This document shows positions 47,248 through 61,638 of a DNA stretch of 64,000 nucleotides, in pieces. The position numbers and the translations under genes are program-made. The DNA comes from Eledone cirrhosa (taxonomy: Eukaryota): assembly GCA_964016885.1 (NCBI GenBank), contig OZ024752.1, positions 3,472,001 to 3,536,000 on the forward strand, written 5' to 3'. A model generated the notes under the pieces. That model did not search any database. It had not been told where the DNA came from and saw nothing but the letters and a program-made list of their open reading frames with translations. How positions within the stretch are numbered: position 1 is the first letter of the stretch; every line of letters starts with the position of its first letter.

Positions 47248-47365
47248 TGAGAGGCGTAAAATAAGAAAATTATAAAATTAACTTACTAAAATAAATACTA
47301 AAATAAATACTAGCATAAGTATGCATCTGTGTATATATATGTTACTAGATATACTAATTCTTTAT
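47247..47365. mobile_element. Family C mini fold-back: inverted arm plus tail end
   Basis: atgagaggcgtaaaataagaaaattataaaattaacttac, then tagcat...gttactagat. Confidence 0.75.
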
Positions 47366-47830
47366 ATATACATATATGTATATATACGCACACTCACAGA
47401 CATACGCTCATATATATAAACGTGCATATATACATGAATGAATGCGCACATATATATACCTATATACATATATTTAAAGATATATCATAATAAAATTAAG
47501 TATATTGTATGCAAAATGTTCAACAGTAAATAAAAAGTAGATATATTCATTTAAACATACACACATATATGTGTGTGTATGAGTGAGTGTGTATGAATAT
47601 GTGTGACTGTGTGTTTGCGTGAGTGTGTGTGAGTATGTGTGAATGTGTGTGTGTAAATGTATGCATGAAATGTGTGTATGTGTTGTGAAATGTGTGTGTG
47701 TGTGTATCAGGGGTGTTGTTTGTCCATCCAGAAACGGAAAGTATAGTTAAATATGAATGAAACAGCACTAATACCGTGAAACTTATTCTATGTGAAATTA
47801 TATATATATATATACATATACACACACACG

Positions 47831-47900
<70 letters not shown>

Positions 47901-48044
47901 CACACACACACACATATATATATATACATAGTGTATTTTGCAATACACTGTATGCTTAAATAAAAGCATTTTGAAGACCTTACGCTACTGTTTTAAAGTA
48001 GTGACTATGTCACTTACTTCTTTTTTCAGCAAACAAAGGGAGAT

Positions 48045-48090
48045 AAGCTGACAGATCTCTGTTTCGTACTGTTGGTACTCTTCAGAGCTT
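48045..48090 (-). ncRNA. Canonical type-I HHR inside a 20 bp inverted repeat (48023-48042 / 48095-48114)
   Basis: aagct-CTGAAGA-gtac(caaca)gtac-GAAAC-ag(agat)ct-GTC-agctt. Confidence 0.9.
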
Positions 48091-48363
48091 CCCACTCCCT
48101 TTGTTTGCTGAAAATTATGAATGTAGGATTCTTATAGAATTCCAGTAATAATCAGTTATAAAGAAAGATGGTTACATGATTGTAATGTTCCATATATTGG
48201 TATTTCACTATGGTGTCCTGGGCTAATTCCTTCGTCAACAGAATATTTGACCCAACATAGTCATCTATTCCGACTTTTGCTTATAGCTAATTCCGATGAA
48301 CTGCTCCAATTTTACCTAAGTTAATTATCTTCAACTGAACCAGATAAATAATAATTTCCACGT

Positions 48364-48528
48364 TGGGCACAAGGCCAGCAATTACCCCAGTGTATTACTG
48401 GTACTTTATTTTATCGACCCCGTAAGGATGAAAAGCAAAGTTAACCTCGGCGGGATTTGAACTCAGATCATAAAGGGCTGCAACTCTTTGTTGCAAAGCA
48501 TGGCGTCCGACCCTCTGCCAATCCACCG
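48364..48528 (-). mobile_element. SINE family 1 copy
   Basis: reverse complement of the 31781-type consensus. Confidence 0.85.
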
Positions 48529-48919
48529 TCTATAATCATTTGATCCAGAAACATTATATGGAGAAGCGAAACATTTGTAAACGGTCATTGTTAGTAGTAT
48601 TATTATTATTCTTTACATTACTTACATTAAACTAAAACAATGTTGAGAATATTTTAATAATGTCTTCCTTGTGAAATTTGTGGTCTTGTTTTGCTTAACT
48701 AATGAATATTTCCAGCTCTGTGCACCTAACCTCTGCATGAACCCAGCCACCTAGCTGCTTCCACTGCATATTGCACATTGAGCACATGCCTTTACGCTTT
48801 GGCTTCTAACTAATTCATCAATCTCTCTTCTCCTATCCTATCTCCATCTCTGTCTTTAAGATTGGTTACTCTTGAACCAGTGTGTATATATATATATATA
48901 TATATATACACAACGGCGA

Positions 48920-50470
48920 TGAATTAGTTTTGCGCTTTGCGAGGTTTTTGATATGAAATCGTGTGTCCAACAGACCAGTGTCTGTCCTTAGGGCATCAAC
49001 ATACGTTAACCTTGGTCTTTCTCTTCTTCCAGTGTGTCCATGTAGGGGCTCCCACAGGAGCACTGAGTGCAATGTCAACTGTGGATGTCGGTGAGCATAT
49101 GTATATATTGTTATACTTAGGGAGGGTCATATTTGTGTAATAATATTGCCAGAATTAATAACAGAACACACTAACTGTTTGGTTGGTTTTCGCTTCTGTG
49201 TCTTTTATATCGGTTAATTTAATTTATTCGGTCCACAATGTTACTATTGATTTGATACGGAGGAGCCACGGAGAATTATAAGACTCTCATAGAACTGGAC
49301 ATAAAAGGAATTTGCCCATTATACAGGAGCAAATCATGGCATATCTTAGATAGGACTAGGACATAAGATAGGGAAAGCCACGTCATGGTACGACAACAAG
49401 AGTTACCAGAGTGTCATGTTTGTGGACGCTACCCCTGGAGGGAAATTAGCTAACCAGTGTAGAAAAGCCCTGATAAAGACCCACTTAAAGATTAAGGTGG
49501 TAGAAAAGCCAGGAACCACCATAAAATCCCTGATCAGCAAAACCTACCCTTTTAAGAAAACCCACTGTACTAATAGGAAATGTATTATATGTAAAGTAAA
49601 TTCCCGTATAAACTGTAACACTAGAACCGTAGTTTATAGCATAAGATGTACAGAGGGTACTTGCAGAAACATGACAACAACATACATAGGCGAGACAGAT
49701 CGTAGCATAGGTGAAAGGATAGACCAACACTGGGGGGAACTAAAAGGACGAAAAAACGGTTCAGTACTATACGAACAAGCCAGACAACAACACGACGGCA
49801 ACATAGACAACATATTAAAAATTAAAATAATATCTAAACATATAAATCACCCAGCAGATAGGCAAATAAGAGAGGCCAGCGAAATAGAACTTAAAAGGCC
49901 AAGGCTAAACAGAAAAAATGAATGGAATAACAACAACACCCAAACAAAAAATACTGACCTAAGAGAAGTATAAATAAAAAAGATAAATAAATAAATACAT
50001 ACAGAAGCACAATAACATCACACACATATAAACACACACTAGTAAACTAAGATTGAATACACTATCCAATACACTGTCACTCAAACACAATACACACACG
50101 AAAACGCATGCGCAGAGAAGAGGGTAAAAATAAATAAGTAAATAAATAAATAAATAAATAAATAAATAGACTAAATAAAGATGGCGTAGACATACAATAC
50201 AACAGGAGGAAACATAATAGCACCACTGACGATGTTCCAGATGTTCAACGAAAGAAATTTGTTAGACTATATATATATGTTTGTGTCTATATTGTATCTG
50301 TATTGTTGACCGTTGGTCAGTCAATGGTAACATTGAGGACCAAATAAATTCAATTAACCGATATAAAAGACACAGAAGCGAAAACCAACCAAACAGTTAG
50401 TGTGTTCTGTTAGTAATTCTGGCATTATTATTACACAAATATGACTCTCCCCAAGTATAACAATATATAT
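48920..50470 (+). mobile_element. PLE-A2 5'-truncated insertion with inverted 5' arm (48920-49250)
   Basis: 48969-49250 is the reverse complement of 50321-50605; pLTR with HHR-like motif at 50218-50269. Confidence 0.88.
49260..49973 (+). pseudogene. PLE C-terminal region with GIY-YIG endonuclease (frameshift near 49375)
   Basis: GICPLYRSK; MFVDATP; VVEKPGT; VVYSIRC...YIGETDRSIGERI; clearly homologous to the PLE-A C-terminus. Confidence 0.9.
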
Positions 50471-50474
50471 ATAT

Positions 50475-50687
50475 GCTCACCGACATCCACAGTTGACATT
50501 GCACTCAGTGCTCCTGTGGGAGCCCCTACATGGACACACTGGAAGAGGAGGAAGACCAAGGTTAATGTATGTTGATGCCCTAAGGAGAGACACTGCTCTG
50601 TTGGAGACGCAGAACATGGCAACGATAATGAGGGACAGAGAACGCTGGAGAGGACTCGTCTATGGATCTCGGGAATTTTACCTGCCC

Positions 50688-50690
<3 letters not shown>
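50475..50690 (+). pseudogene. LINE (RTE-like) ORF C-terminal fragment
   Basis: LLWEPLHG..GRGGRPR..YVD.LRRD....M.DRERWR, typical of the post-RT C-terminus. Confidence 0.7.
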
Positions 50691-50725
<35 letters not shown>

Positions 50726-50729
<4 letters not shown>

Positions 50730-50925
50730 AACGAGTAGGACCCCGACGGCTGAGCCCAAGCCGTTTCGACGGCTAATTCTGGACTCGTCCAGAATTAGCC
50801 GTCGAAACGGCTTCAGCTCAGCCGTCGGATTACTACTCGTTCCTATTACCCATTCTACTACCCTAAGTATTGAATACTTTGGTGCGTTATGGTCCATCTG
50901 GTTCCTTACCACATTTCCTTCGTTA
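50726..50925. mobile_element. Family X complete fold-back (50726-50787 inverted, 50788-50925 arm plus tail)
   Basis: palindrome centred on ctggactcgtccag. Confidence 0.88.
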
Positions 50926-50933
50926 TATATATA

Positions 50934-51022
<89 letters not shown>

Positions 51023-51280
51023 CAGCAGCAACCAAAGGTAGAGAGAGAAAGGTAAATAATGATCAATAATTTGTGGTATCATTACAGACTAATAATATCT
51101 CATTATCTTGACACATGCTGTTCGGAGGATAGCAAATCACTAGAATTAACAATAAAGAACTGAAATGGAGTGGAGCTAATCAAACAGACATCATGAGTCT
51201 TGGGGATACCTATTGTATAGTGAAATACATACGCATATATACATATATCTATAGTTATATAAGTAAACACTAACACATAC

Positions 51281-51374
<94 letters not shown>

Positions 51375-51407
51375 TGTGTGTGTGTGTATAGAGATACATA
51401 TGTACAC

Positions 51408-51500
<93 letters not shown>

Positions 51501-51569
51501 TATATATATATATATACACATATATATATATATATATATACACATATATATATATGCATATATATACAA

Positions 51570-51622
<53 letters not shown>

Positions 51623-51630
51623 CTTATATA

Positions 51631-52026
51631 GTTTTGCGAGGTTTTTGATATGAAATCGTGTGTCGAAACAAATATTGTTATACTTGGGGAGGGTCATATT
51701 GTTGTAATTATATTGCCAGAATTAATAACAGAACACACTCACCGTTTGCTTGGTTTTCGCTTCTGTATCTTTTATATCAGTTAATTTATTCGGTCTTCAT
51801 TGTTTACCATTGACTGCCCAACGGTCAAAAATACAGATATAATATAGACACAAACATATATATATATAGTCTAACAAAGTTCTTTCGTTGCACATCTGCA
51901 ACATCGTCAGTGGTGCTATTATGTTTCCTTCTGTTGTATTGTATGTCTACGCCATCTTTATTTAATCTGTTTATTATCTGTTAGTAATTCTGGCAATATT
52001 ATTACAATATGACCCTCTCCAAGTAT

Positions 52027-52032
<6 letters not shown>
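51631..52032. mobile_element. PLE-A2 pLTR fold-back: tail and pLTR on - (HHR-like 51867-51918), short + arm 51977-52032
   Basis: CTGACGA-tgttgca(gatg)tgcaac-GAAA; reverse complement of 50172-50465. Confidence 0.85.
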
Positions 52033-52099
<67 letters not shown>

Positions 52100-52256
52100 C
52101 GTATATCTATGCATAATTATATCTACATATATAGATACACACATATATATATACATATATATATGTACACATATATCTACATATATGTATATATATATAT
52201 ATACACACACACAAATACACATATATACACACACACACAAACACACACACACACTG

Positions 52257-52351
<95 letters not shown>

Positions 52352-52636
52352 TGTGTGTACGATTGATATCATGAACAAAATGAGTGAACGGAATTTGACT
52401 ATATATATTAGTATATATATTAAATCATAGTGTTTACTGTTTACGCGTACCAACCACTGATTAGTCAGCAATACGAAGTGCAACTAAACCAACTTTTAGA
52501 TGTCAACAACTAAGATAAACCCTGAAAACATGTTTTCAAAATTAATTTTAAATGTCGATATCGGCTTCCACGTACGTTTATATTGAAAATCAGCTGGTAT
52601 GAATATACAGCAGTACTTTTGACAGTTATATACCGT

Positions 52637-53050
52637 TTTCTTCTTCTTCTTCTTCTTCTTCTTCTTCTTCTTCTTCTTCTTCTTCTTCTTCTTCTTCTTC
52701 TTCTTGCTCTTTTTCTTCTTCTTCTTCTTCTTCTTCTTCTTCTTCTTCTTCTTCTTGCTCTTTTTCTTCTTCTTCTTCTTCTTCTTCTTCTTCTTCTTCT
52801 TCTTCTTCTTCTTTTTCTTTTCTTCTTTTTCTTCTTTTTCTTTTTCTTCTTTTCTTCTTCTTTTCTTCTTCTTATTATTCTTATTCTTCTTTTTCTTCGT
52901 TTTCTTTTTTTTCTTCTTTTTTTCTTTTTCTTCTGTTTCTTCTTTTTTCTTTTTTCTTCTTTTTCTTCTCTTTCTTTTTTCTTCTTCTTCTTCTTCTTCT
53001 TCTTCTTCTTCTTCTTCTTCTTCTTCTTCTTCTTCTTCTTCTTCTTCTTC
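52637..53050. repeat. (CTT)n polypyrimidine microsatellite
   Basis: direct reading. Confidence 0.95.
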
Positions 53051-53424
53051 AACGTTTTCCAAAAGCTTTTGGCAAGGCATTCATATGTTCAATCTGAACA
53101 CTCGCCACTTTGTCTAAAGCTGTACAGCCGACTCTTCTTCCCGTTGAAAATAATTCTATATCACGTATAGATGCTTGTTGGTTTGTTGACGTCCCCATAA
53201 CTTACCAAGGTGATGCTCCAGCATGGGCGTAGTTCAGAGACAGAAAAAAAGTAAAATATATGTGTGTGTGTGTGTAGAAGAGGGGTCTCAAACTCAAGGA
53301 CACAAAAGGGCTATTACGTCCTGGAGGAGAGGCACAGTGGGCCAAACGTGGTGGTGGGTGAAAATGTTCACCAGTTATAATCATTTCTACTATAGGTACA
53401 AGGCATGAAATTTGGGGTTTAGGG

Positions 53425-53585
53425 TTCAGTTGATTGCATCGATCCTAGTGCACAACTGGTACTTAATTCATCGACCCCAAAAGGATGTAAGGCAAAGTTG
53501 AGATCGGCGGAATTTGAACTCAGAACGTAAGAAGTACGGTTAAGCATTTCGCCAGATGTGCTAACGATCCACCAGCTCGCCGCCT
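53425..53585 (-). mobile_element. SINE family 1 copy
   Basis: reverse complement ggcggcgagctggtggatcgttagcac...gagttcaaattccgccga. Confidence 0.85.
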
Positions 53586-53683
53586 TGTTTTCACCAGTTA
53601 TAATGCGATATGAAATATTGGTTCTACCACGGGACACATAAGTAGTTCGCGGGCCGCATTTGTGAGCCCCCTGTTGGAGGTAA

Positions 53684-53746
<63 letters not shown>

Positions 53747-53809
53747 TATAGACGTGTACCAAACACACACACATTTCTTACTCTCTCTGTCCCTCCCTAT
53801 TTCTCTCTT

Positions 53810-53886
<77 letters not shown>

Positions 53887-55602
53887 AACGTTGTTATTTG
53901 GCGTTGTTGAAAAGAGCTGTGGCCTTTGACCTGGCAATAAAAAACTGTAGACAAAATTCTTTCTGAACCAAGGCACACACACACACAAGTTTGTGTATGT
54001 GTATGTATATATATGTGTGCGTGGGTGTATGTGTGTGTGTCTATCTATGTTTATATATAAGGGATAAAAATATTGCTTTCTCAGTCACCAAGCTTCTCAA
54101 TTCATTCCTTACTACTTATTTTGCTACGGGGTATATTATTTTAAAGGTACTATTTTTCCCCTGAGTTTGTGATTTCAGAGAAAGGAAAGAAATTCTTCAT
54201 ATTTGCATCTTTTGTATTTTGACTTTGCAGTGTCCATTGTCTATCCACTCAAAATATTACAACAGCTAACAGTGAAATATAGAATTTTAAAAAAAGAAGC
54301 TTTTTTGACTGAGATCAAATGTTTTTTTTTTATTTCAAAAATATATAATTTGAAATATCTTGCTTTTGTTTTGGACTGAAACTTTTTGCTATTTAATTCG
54401 TAAGAGTATTTTTTAAAGAATCTAAGATAACTTGATTTGTCCCAGTAATCTACTGATATCAAAATCAGTAGTATATTGAAAAATGGAAAAATAGGGTACG
54501 GGGGCGTTTCGTGATTTCGAGGAGCAAAGGGGGCGTTTGGCCAAAATGGGTTGTGAACCTTTGCTGTAGATTATATTCACTCATATCTTAAGGGAAACTT
54601 TATCCGATGTGATCAACGTCCTATAAATAATAAATACATGTAATGATATAAACTCCCGACACTCTCTAATTTATGTTACATTTTCTAGTCAAATTAACCA
54701 TCTACATCTTGGCTGGTGTACTTAATTAGTTTGATGGTTTAATATCACCTGGCCGCCCTAGTATATTTTGCAAAGATCCCTATGTGATAAGAATTCGGCG
54801 CTGGTTTCTATTTTAGGATATCTTCTTCTGACCTGCCACTGGTTCTAAAGAGCCTAAAATGGGTTATAAACATGTTGGTTTGTAACACGGCCAAACAATT
54901 AGTAATGAATAATTTTTCCATTTCCCTACCACCTATACAGATGTTTCTTATTAAATTGATTTACACGTATATCGCAGAACATCACACATTTTTATAATTT
55001 ACACAATGTTTATACATTCTGCTTAATGCATGAGACAGATACCAACAGATCCTTATTTTCGTCATCAATATATCAAATTGATATCATCATAATCACCATA
55101 AATAGTAAGGTATCAGTGATCTGTCAATTCTCATTTCATTCGGATTTTTAATCTCTCTCTCTCTTAATTATCCCTCTCTCCTTCATCCCTAATACTATCT
55201 TTTTCCTCTCTCACCCTTCCATCCCTCTCTCTTCCTCTGTTTATTACATATTAGATTCATAAATTTCTTGAGTCTGCTCTAAATGTTTTCCGAGCTAAAA
55301 CATCCTTAGCACGCCCACTATAGAATGAAAAATGCAATGCAGAGAGAATAGATTAGGACATTATCAGCCATTTTCTCATTAGAATCATGTCATATGACCA
55401 TTTATCTACAGTAAATATAAATTATCCAAACTTTTTATCTCATTTTATGAATTTAATCTAATATTATATTTTACGATATGATGGGTGCTCTAGTAAACAA
55501 TTGACGAAAGGAAACTGTCCATCTCTTGTTTGTTGTGTTGCCTTACCTTCTAACACTCGTTATCAGTAACCACACAACCTCGCTTCCCTCAATCCATATT
55601 TT

Positions 55603-55686
<84 letters not shown>

Positions 55687-55724
55687 CGTGTGTGTGTATG
55701 TGTGTTATATTATATTATATTTAG

Positions 55725-55970
<246 letters not shown>

Positions 55971-56427
55971 TTTTTCCTTTTCTTTTATCTGTCACTACAT
56001 CGGACTCTCTACACGTATCTATGTACTGTATATTTCGAATTTGGTTTTTCATGTTAGCACTAAACCCACCAAAGAATACTTACTCACCACCACCACAAAT
56101 ATACTCTGCACTCACATGCTCTCACTTATCCTTATTTTACTTTTCACATCTGTAACTTCTCTACCAATTTAACATATATAATTTATTATTGATGTTATTG
56201 TTTTGATAATTATCCATTCTTCTATATATGTCTTGCCTCGAGTAAATTATTTTTATATCTACTTACTTTGATGTGTTTATCACAGGTAAATAATATATTG
56301 GAGATCGAGTGACAGAACTTCAAGCGATTAGCGACCTCTAGACTCACCTGATCAATGAAACAATTGTCCGTACTTGAAATAAAGCCTCTCATTGTACAGT
56401 CAAGCATGTTTCTCTTCATTCTTTCAC

Positions 56428-56482
<55 letters not shown>

Positions 56483-56776
56483 TTAGTCACAATTATGATG
56501 TATTTATGCATATATATAGACGTATGATATAAACATGTGTATGTTTCCAGTTAAAGTCCCATGAAGATTGCTTTTGATTATCAGCCTTTGTAAATCAAAA
56601 TCGATAACATACATACCAGTCCCGCTCTGTGGTCTATATAATCGAATATATTCAGGAAGGCTGCAACCCTACATACCTAATTATACATTTGTTTGTATTT
56701 AAAAGTATATATATATATTAGTATATATAAAAGTATATATATAAGTATGTATATATATATTAAAGTATATATAAAA

Positions 56777-56839
<63 letters not shown>

Positions 56840-57671
56840 TATACAGTCCCATAATGCATGCATAAATATATATAAGCATTATCTACACATATAATTCTAT
56901 TGATTGCTCTATCTGTGAATAATTAAAGAGTTTATACAATTAATGCTATTATTTATTTATATCTACACACGCAATTAAATGGCTATTTATGTATGTAGGC
57001 GTATTTATTTGCATATATGTGAGTATGTATATGTGTATGTATATGTTCATTTGTATGTGTGCCTTTGTGCATGGCCGTGTGTCTGTGTAAAAGTAATAAA
57101 GACGGATAGAGGCAGACAGAATTTGCCATACATGCATACACATACTTGTGTGTCTCTAAGTGTGTATCAAATATTGATATTTTTCCTTATTGGTCGATAA
57201 TGTAGACCAATGTAGACTCTACATGATCTGGTGAATGTTATTATATTTTACTTCAGAAACTCTACACTCCATCAATTTGAACGAGCGACAAAATCAACCT
57301 TAAATTGGACACTGCTCTTTTTCGAAAACAACGGTCACATTTACCTATATAATCTTAATCTCAGTGACAATCGACGGGGGACGAAGCAACAGTCATACAT
57401 ATACCAACAGACACACCTATCCACAAACCTAGATATATATTCATAGTTACCTGTCTTTGTGTGTATGGGTGTGAATGTATATGTGTAGAGGCATGACTAA
57501 AACATGATTGCAAAACAGTTTCATAACCATGCCTTCTGATCTTAAACTATCTTTCTCGAAGAAAATGTACGGTTTCACCATAATTTGAGTTAGTTGCCGA
57601 CCGTCTCTAATTTTCCTTCACCATACATCCCCAAAACGACGACAAAACCCTACAACTTAATAAACTATGTG

Positions 57672-57762
57672 TCTCGGCGAAATTTGAACTCAAAGAGGAG
57701 AGAGCCGGAACGAATACCATAAAGCAGTCTATCCGACGTTCTAACGAGTCTGCCAATTCGCC
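57672..57762 (-). mobile_element. SINE family 1 5' fragment
   Basis: ggcgaattggcagactcgttagaacgtcgg...gagttcaaatttcgccgag. Confidence 0.7.
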
Positions 57763-57782
57763 TATATATATATACATATATA

Positions 57783-57919
57783 GGTCCAGAAATAGCCGTC
57801 GAAACGGCTTGAGCTCTGCCGTCGGGGTCATACTTTTTCCTATTTCCCACTCTACTATCCTAAGTATTGAGTACTCTGGTGCGTTATGGTCCATTTGTTT
57901 CCTTACCACAATTCCTTTG

Positions 57920-57922
<3 letters not shown>
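57783..57922 (+). mobile_element. Family X copy with tail
   Basis: matches 50788-50925. Confidence 0.85.
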
Positions 57923-57965
<43 letters not shown>

Positions 57966-58477
57966 GAGATTCTACAGGACTAGAACTGTTTCATTCATTA
58001 GAAATCATCAGGAATCTGGGTATCAAAAAATAAATATGGTATTTATAGGTCTCTACAGGTGGTAGGAGAGGGTGGGGAGTGGGATGGGTGCAGGTCATTG
58101 GTTGATAGAGAAGGGAATTCATTAAAGGCTAATTCTACAAAGCTATAGTTAATTTATATTTATTTATGTTTTTAGAGTAACAAAGGCAGACAGAAATCTA
58201 TAAACAAGTTCCGGATGGCATACCATTCCTTGTCAATAAGTTTCTCTTAAGCTAGCAGATGTCTATAAAATCAGTGGGGGGTCATTCATGCTCGATAGAA
58301 TTAAAGAAAATTTAAAGTCATTAAGTTCTGCTAAGTGACAAAGGTCTAGGGAATTCTGCAGACAGATGAGACCATAAGGGAAACTTCCTCAACAAACCAT
58401 CAGTCAGACTTATCAACCCCACTCGCTCCGACATCGGCTCTATCAGTAAGAAGATCCTGGATAGAGTTCTACCATTA

Positions 58478-59965
58478 TTGCGGGCGGCCTCACCACTTCC
58501 ACTCTGGAGTAGAACATCTGAGGCAATATCATGGTTCCAAGAATTACCCGATAAACACCACACTCGCTTCCTGCAACTCGACATAGAAAACTACTATGCC
58601 TCTATCTCGGAGCCCCTCCTGAAGGACGCAATTAACTTTGCCAGGAATTTTACCACCATTACCGATGCCGAGCAAGTTATTATCCTCCACGCTCGTAAGA
58701 CCTTTCTATACCACGATGGATCTTACTGGATCAACAAGAAATCTCAGACCCCATTTGACGTTAGCATGGGGGCGAGTGACTCGGCTGAAATTAGCGACCT
58801 TGTGGGCCTGTACATCCTACATAACCTGAAGAACCTCTTTACCGGCCTTACTGGAGGTTTATACCGAGACGACGGCCTCTTCGCCCTGCATAAGGTTAGC
58901 CCCAGAACCACCGATGGGTTTCGGAAAAACTTAAGCTCTTTCTTCTCTAATCTAGGATTTAGTATTACTATAGATTCTAATCTGACTAGGGCCAACTTCT
59001 TAGATGTCACTCTCGACCTAGATACTTCCCTCTATTACCCGTACCACAAACCTAACGAGTCCCTTAAATATATTAATGTTAATTCAAACCACCCCCAAAA
59101 CATTACTGATAACCTAGTAAAAAGCGTCTCTATTAGAATATCTGGCCTCTCCGCCAACAAAGATATTTTTAATGCATCTGCCTCCTACTACAACGACGCC
59201 CTAGCCCGTAGCGGATTTAAAGATAAGATAACTTACCTAGAAACCACCGCAAAATTGCAGAGGAGGAATAGACATAGGCAGATTAGCTGGTACAACCCTC
59301 CCTTCAATAGAGAGGTATCTACTCCGATAGCTAGGATCTTCTTCACTTTACTGAAATTACACTTCCCCATACAACATAGGTACTACACCATCTTTAATAA
59401 GAACACTATAAGACTGTCTTACTCCACCACACCTAACCTAGCTAGGAATATAGCCAACCACAACTCTAAACTAAATAAGCCAACCACCTCCGAAACCAAT
59501 CCCCGGACTGGGGCTCTATGTAATTGCCTAAATAAGGAAACATGCCCACTAGAAAACAAATGCCTCACAAACGACATCGTATACAAATGCGATGTCATCT
59601 CGGGCACCGAGGATTGCAAAAAAACTTACATCGGCATGACATCCAACACCTTTAAGACCCGCTGGTATGCCCATACCCACTCCTTCAGAAGACCGGATAA
59701 ATCAAACCAAACAACACTCGCCTCCTACGTTTGGGACCTCAAAAGGAACTCCACCCCCTTCACGCTTAATTGGAAAATACTCCAGAAAGCGCGCTCTTAC
59801 GACGGAGGACACAAGGGCTGCGACCTTTGTATTTCAGAGAGTTACGAAATTTTATTCGCCAAGGGCCCGCTACTGAACAAACTCTCTGAACACTGCCCGA
59901 ACTGCATGCACAAGAACTTTGCAACATTCAAACACTTTAAGCCAGTGTTAAAGCCCGATGGCTAA
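58478..59965 (+). CDS. PLE-B RT + GIY-YIG endonuclease, 5'-truncated (homology starts near 58368: KPSVRLINP)
   Basis: QLDIENYYASI, FDVSMGASDSAEISDLVG, GLYRDDGL, NFLDVTL, WYNPPF, CNC..CPL..CL, IVYKC...YIGMTS..FK.R..H, CDLC, CMH. Confidence 0.93.
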   Translation: MRAASPLPLWSRTSEAISWFQELPDKHHTRFLQLDIENYYASISEPLLKDAINFARNFTTITDAEQVIILHARKTFLYHDGSYWINKKSQTPFDVSMGASDSAEISDLVGLYILHNLKNLFTGLTGGLYRDDGLFALHKVSPRTTDGFRKNLSSFFSNLGFSITIDSNLTRANFLDVTLDLDTSLYYPYHKPNESLKYINVNSNHPQNITDNLVKSVSIRISGLSANKDIFNASASYYNDALARSGFKDKITYLETTAKLQRRNRHRQISWYNPPFNREVSTPIARIFFTLLKLHFPIQHRYYTIFNKNTIRLSYSTTPNLARNIANHNSKLNKPTTSETNPRTGALCNCLNKETCPLENKCLTNDIVYKCDVISGTEDCKKTYIGMTSNTFKTRWYAHTHSFRRPDKSNQTTLASYVWDLKRNSTPFTLNWKILQKARSYDGGHKGCDLCISESYEILFAKGPLLNKLSEHCPNCMHKNFATFKHFKPVLKPDG

Positions 59966-60099
59966 AAACGACCTCCCCCTATTGGCCCCTATACCTCCTC
60001 CCCACCCTACCCCCACCCCTCCTCAACCTGAAATACGGCCACTATGGTCATGTGAGTACCTCTTTTGTATCTACTTTTTCTGCCTGTAGAGGTGTCTTT

Positions 60100-60211
60100 A
60101 TGTGCCTGTGTATATGCGTATATTTATTGAGTACCTATTTACTTGTATGTGTATATATTTGTTTGTATATGTGTATATGTGTATGTGTTGTGTGTGTATT
60201 ATATGTATGTG

Positions 60212-60260
<49 letters not shown>

Positions 60261-60270
60261 GTGTATGTAT

Positions 60271-60307
<37 letters not shown>

Positions 60308-60463
60308 GTGTGTGCGTGTGTATGTATGTGTGTGTATATGTATATATATATGTTTGTGTGAATACGTGTTTTATGTGTGTATATTTATGCAGGTATATGT
60401 TTGTATGTGTCTGTATTTATGTATGTATGTATGTATGTATGTGTGTGTATGTATGTATATGTA

Positions 60464-60516
<53 letters not shown>

Positions 60517-60745
60517 GTATATGTATGTATATGTATGTGTATGTATATGTGTGTGTGTATGTATGTGTATGTATATGTATGTTTGTATATGTGTGTGTGT
60601 ATATATTTGTCTGTATATATGTGTATATATGTATGTGTATGTGTATGTATGTGTATATATATATATATGTATATGTGTATATATATATATGGATATATAT
60701 ATATATATATATATATGCATATATATATATGTGTGTATGTGTATA

Positions 60746-60786
<41 letters not shown>

Positions 60787-60817
60787 GTGTGCGTGTGCGT
60801 ATGTGTGTATATGTGTG

Positions 60818-60864
<47 letters not shown>

Positions 60865-61114
60865 ATATGTATGTGTTTGTGTGTATGTATATGTATATAT
60901 ATGTGTGTATATGTGTGTGTATTTGTGAGTGTATATGTACATATATGTGTGTGTGTGTATGTACGTATGTGTATGTATATGTATGTGTATATGTATATGC
61001 ATGCGTGTGTATATATATATATGTATATATATGTATATATATATATATATGTATGTATGTGTATGTGTATGTGTGTGTATGTATGTATTTGTATGTGTCT
61101 GTATATATATACAT

Positions 61115-61166
<52 letters not shown>

Positions 61167-61273
61167 ATATATGTGTATATATATATATATATATATGTAT
61201 ATGTGCATGAGAGAGAGAATGTGTGTGTGTATATATATTTTGTGTGTGGGTGTGTGTATATGTGTATGCACGC

Positions 61274-61325
<52 letters not shown>

Positions 61326-61341
61326 ATGTGTGTGTGTATGC

Positions 61342-61411
<70 letters not shown>

Positions 61412-61535
61412 ATGTATATATGTGTGTGTATTTGTGCGTTATATCTCTGTATATATATGTGTATATTTATGTATAGGTCTGTGTATGCATGTGTATGTTT
61501 GTGTATGTATGGATATATATATGTGTGTGTATATA

Positions 61536-61586
<51 letters not shown>

Positions 61587-61589
61587 GTG

Positions 61590-61638
<49 letters not shown>

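Noticed and set aside
52496-53170. Poly-E/K/R ORFs
   Set aside because: (CTT)n repeat
53625-54568. hAT-like termini (...gggccgcatttgtgagccccctg; ...gttgtgaacctttg)
   Set aside because: Both look like same-orientation ends; no partner TIR or TSD found
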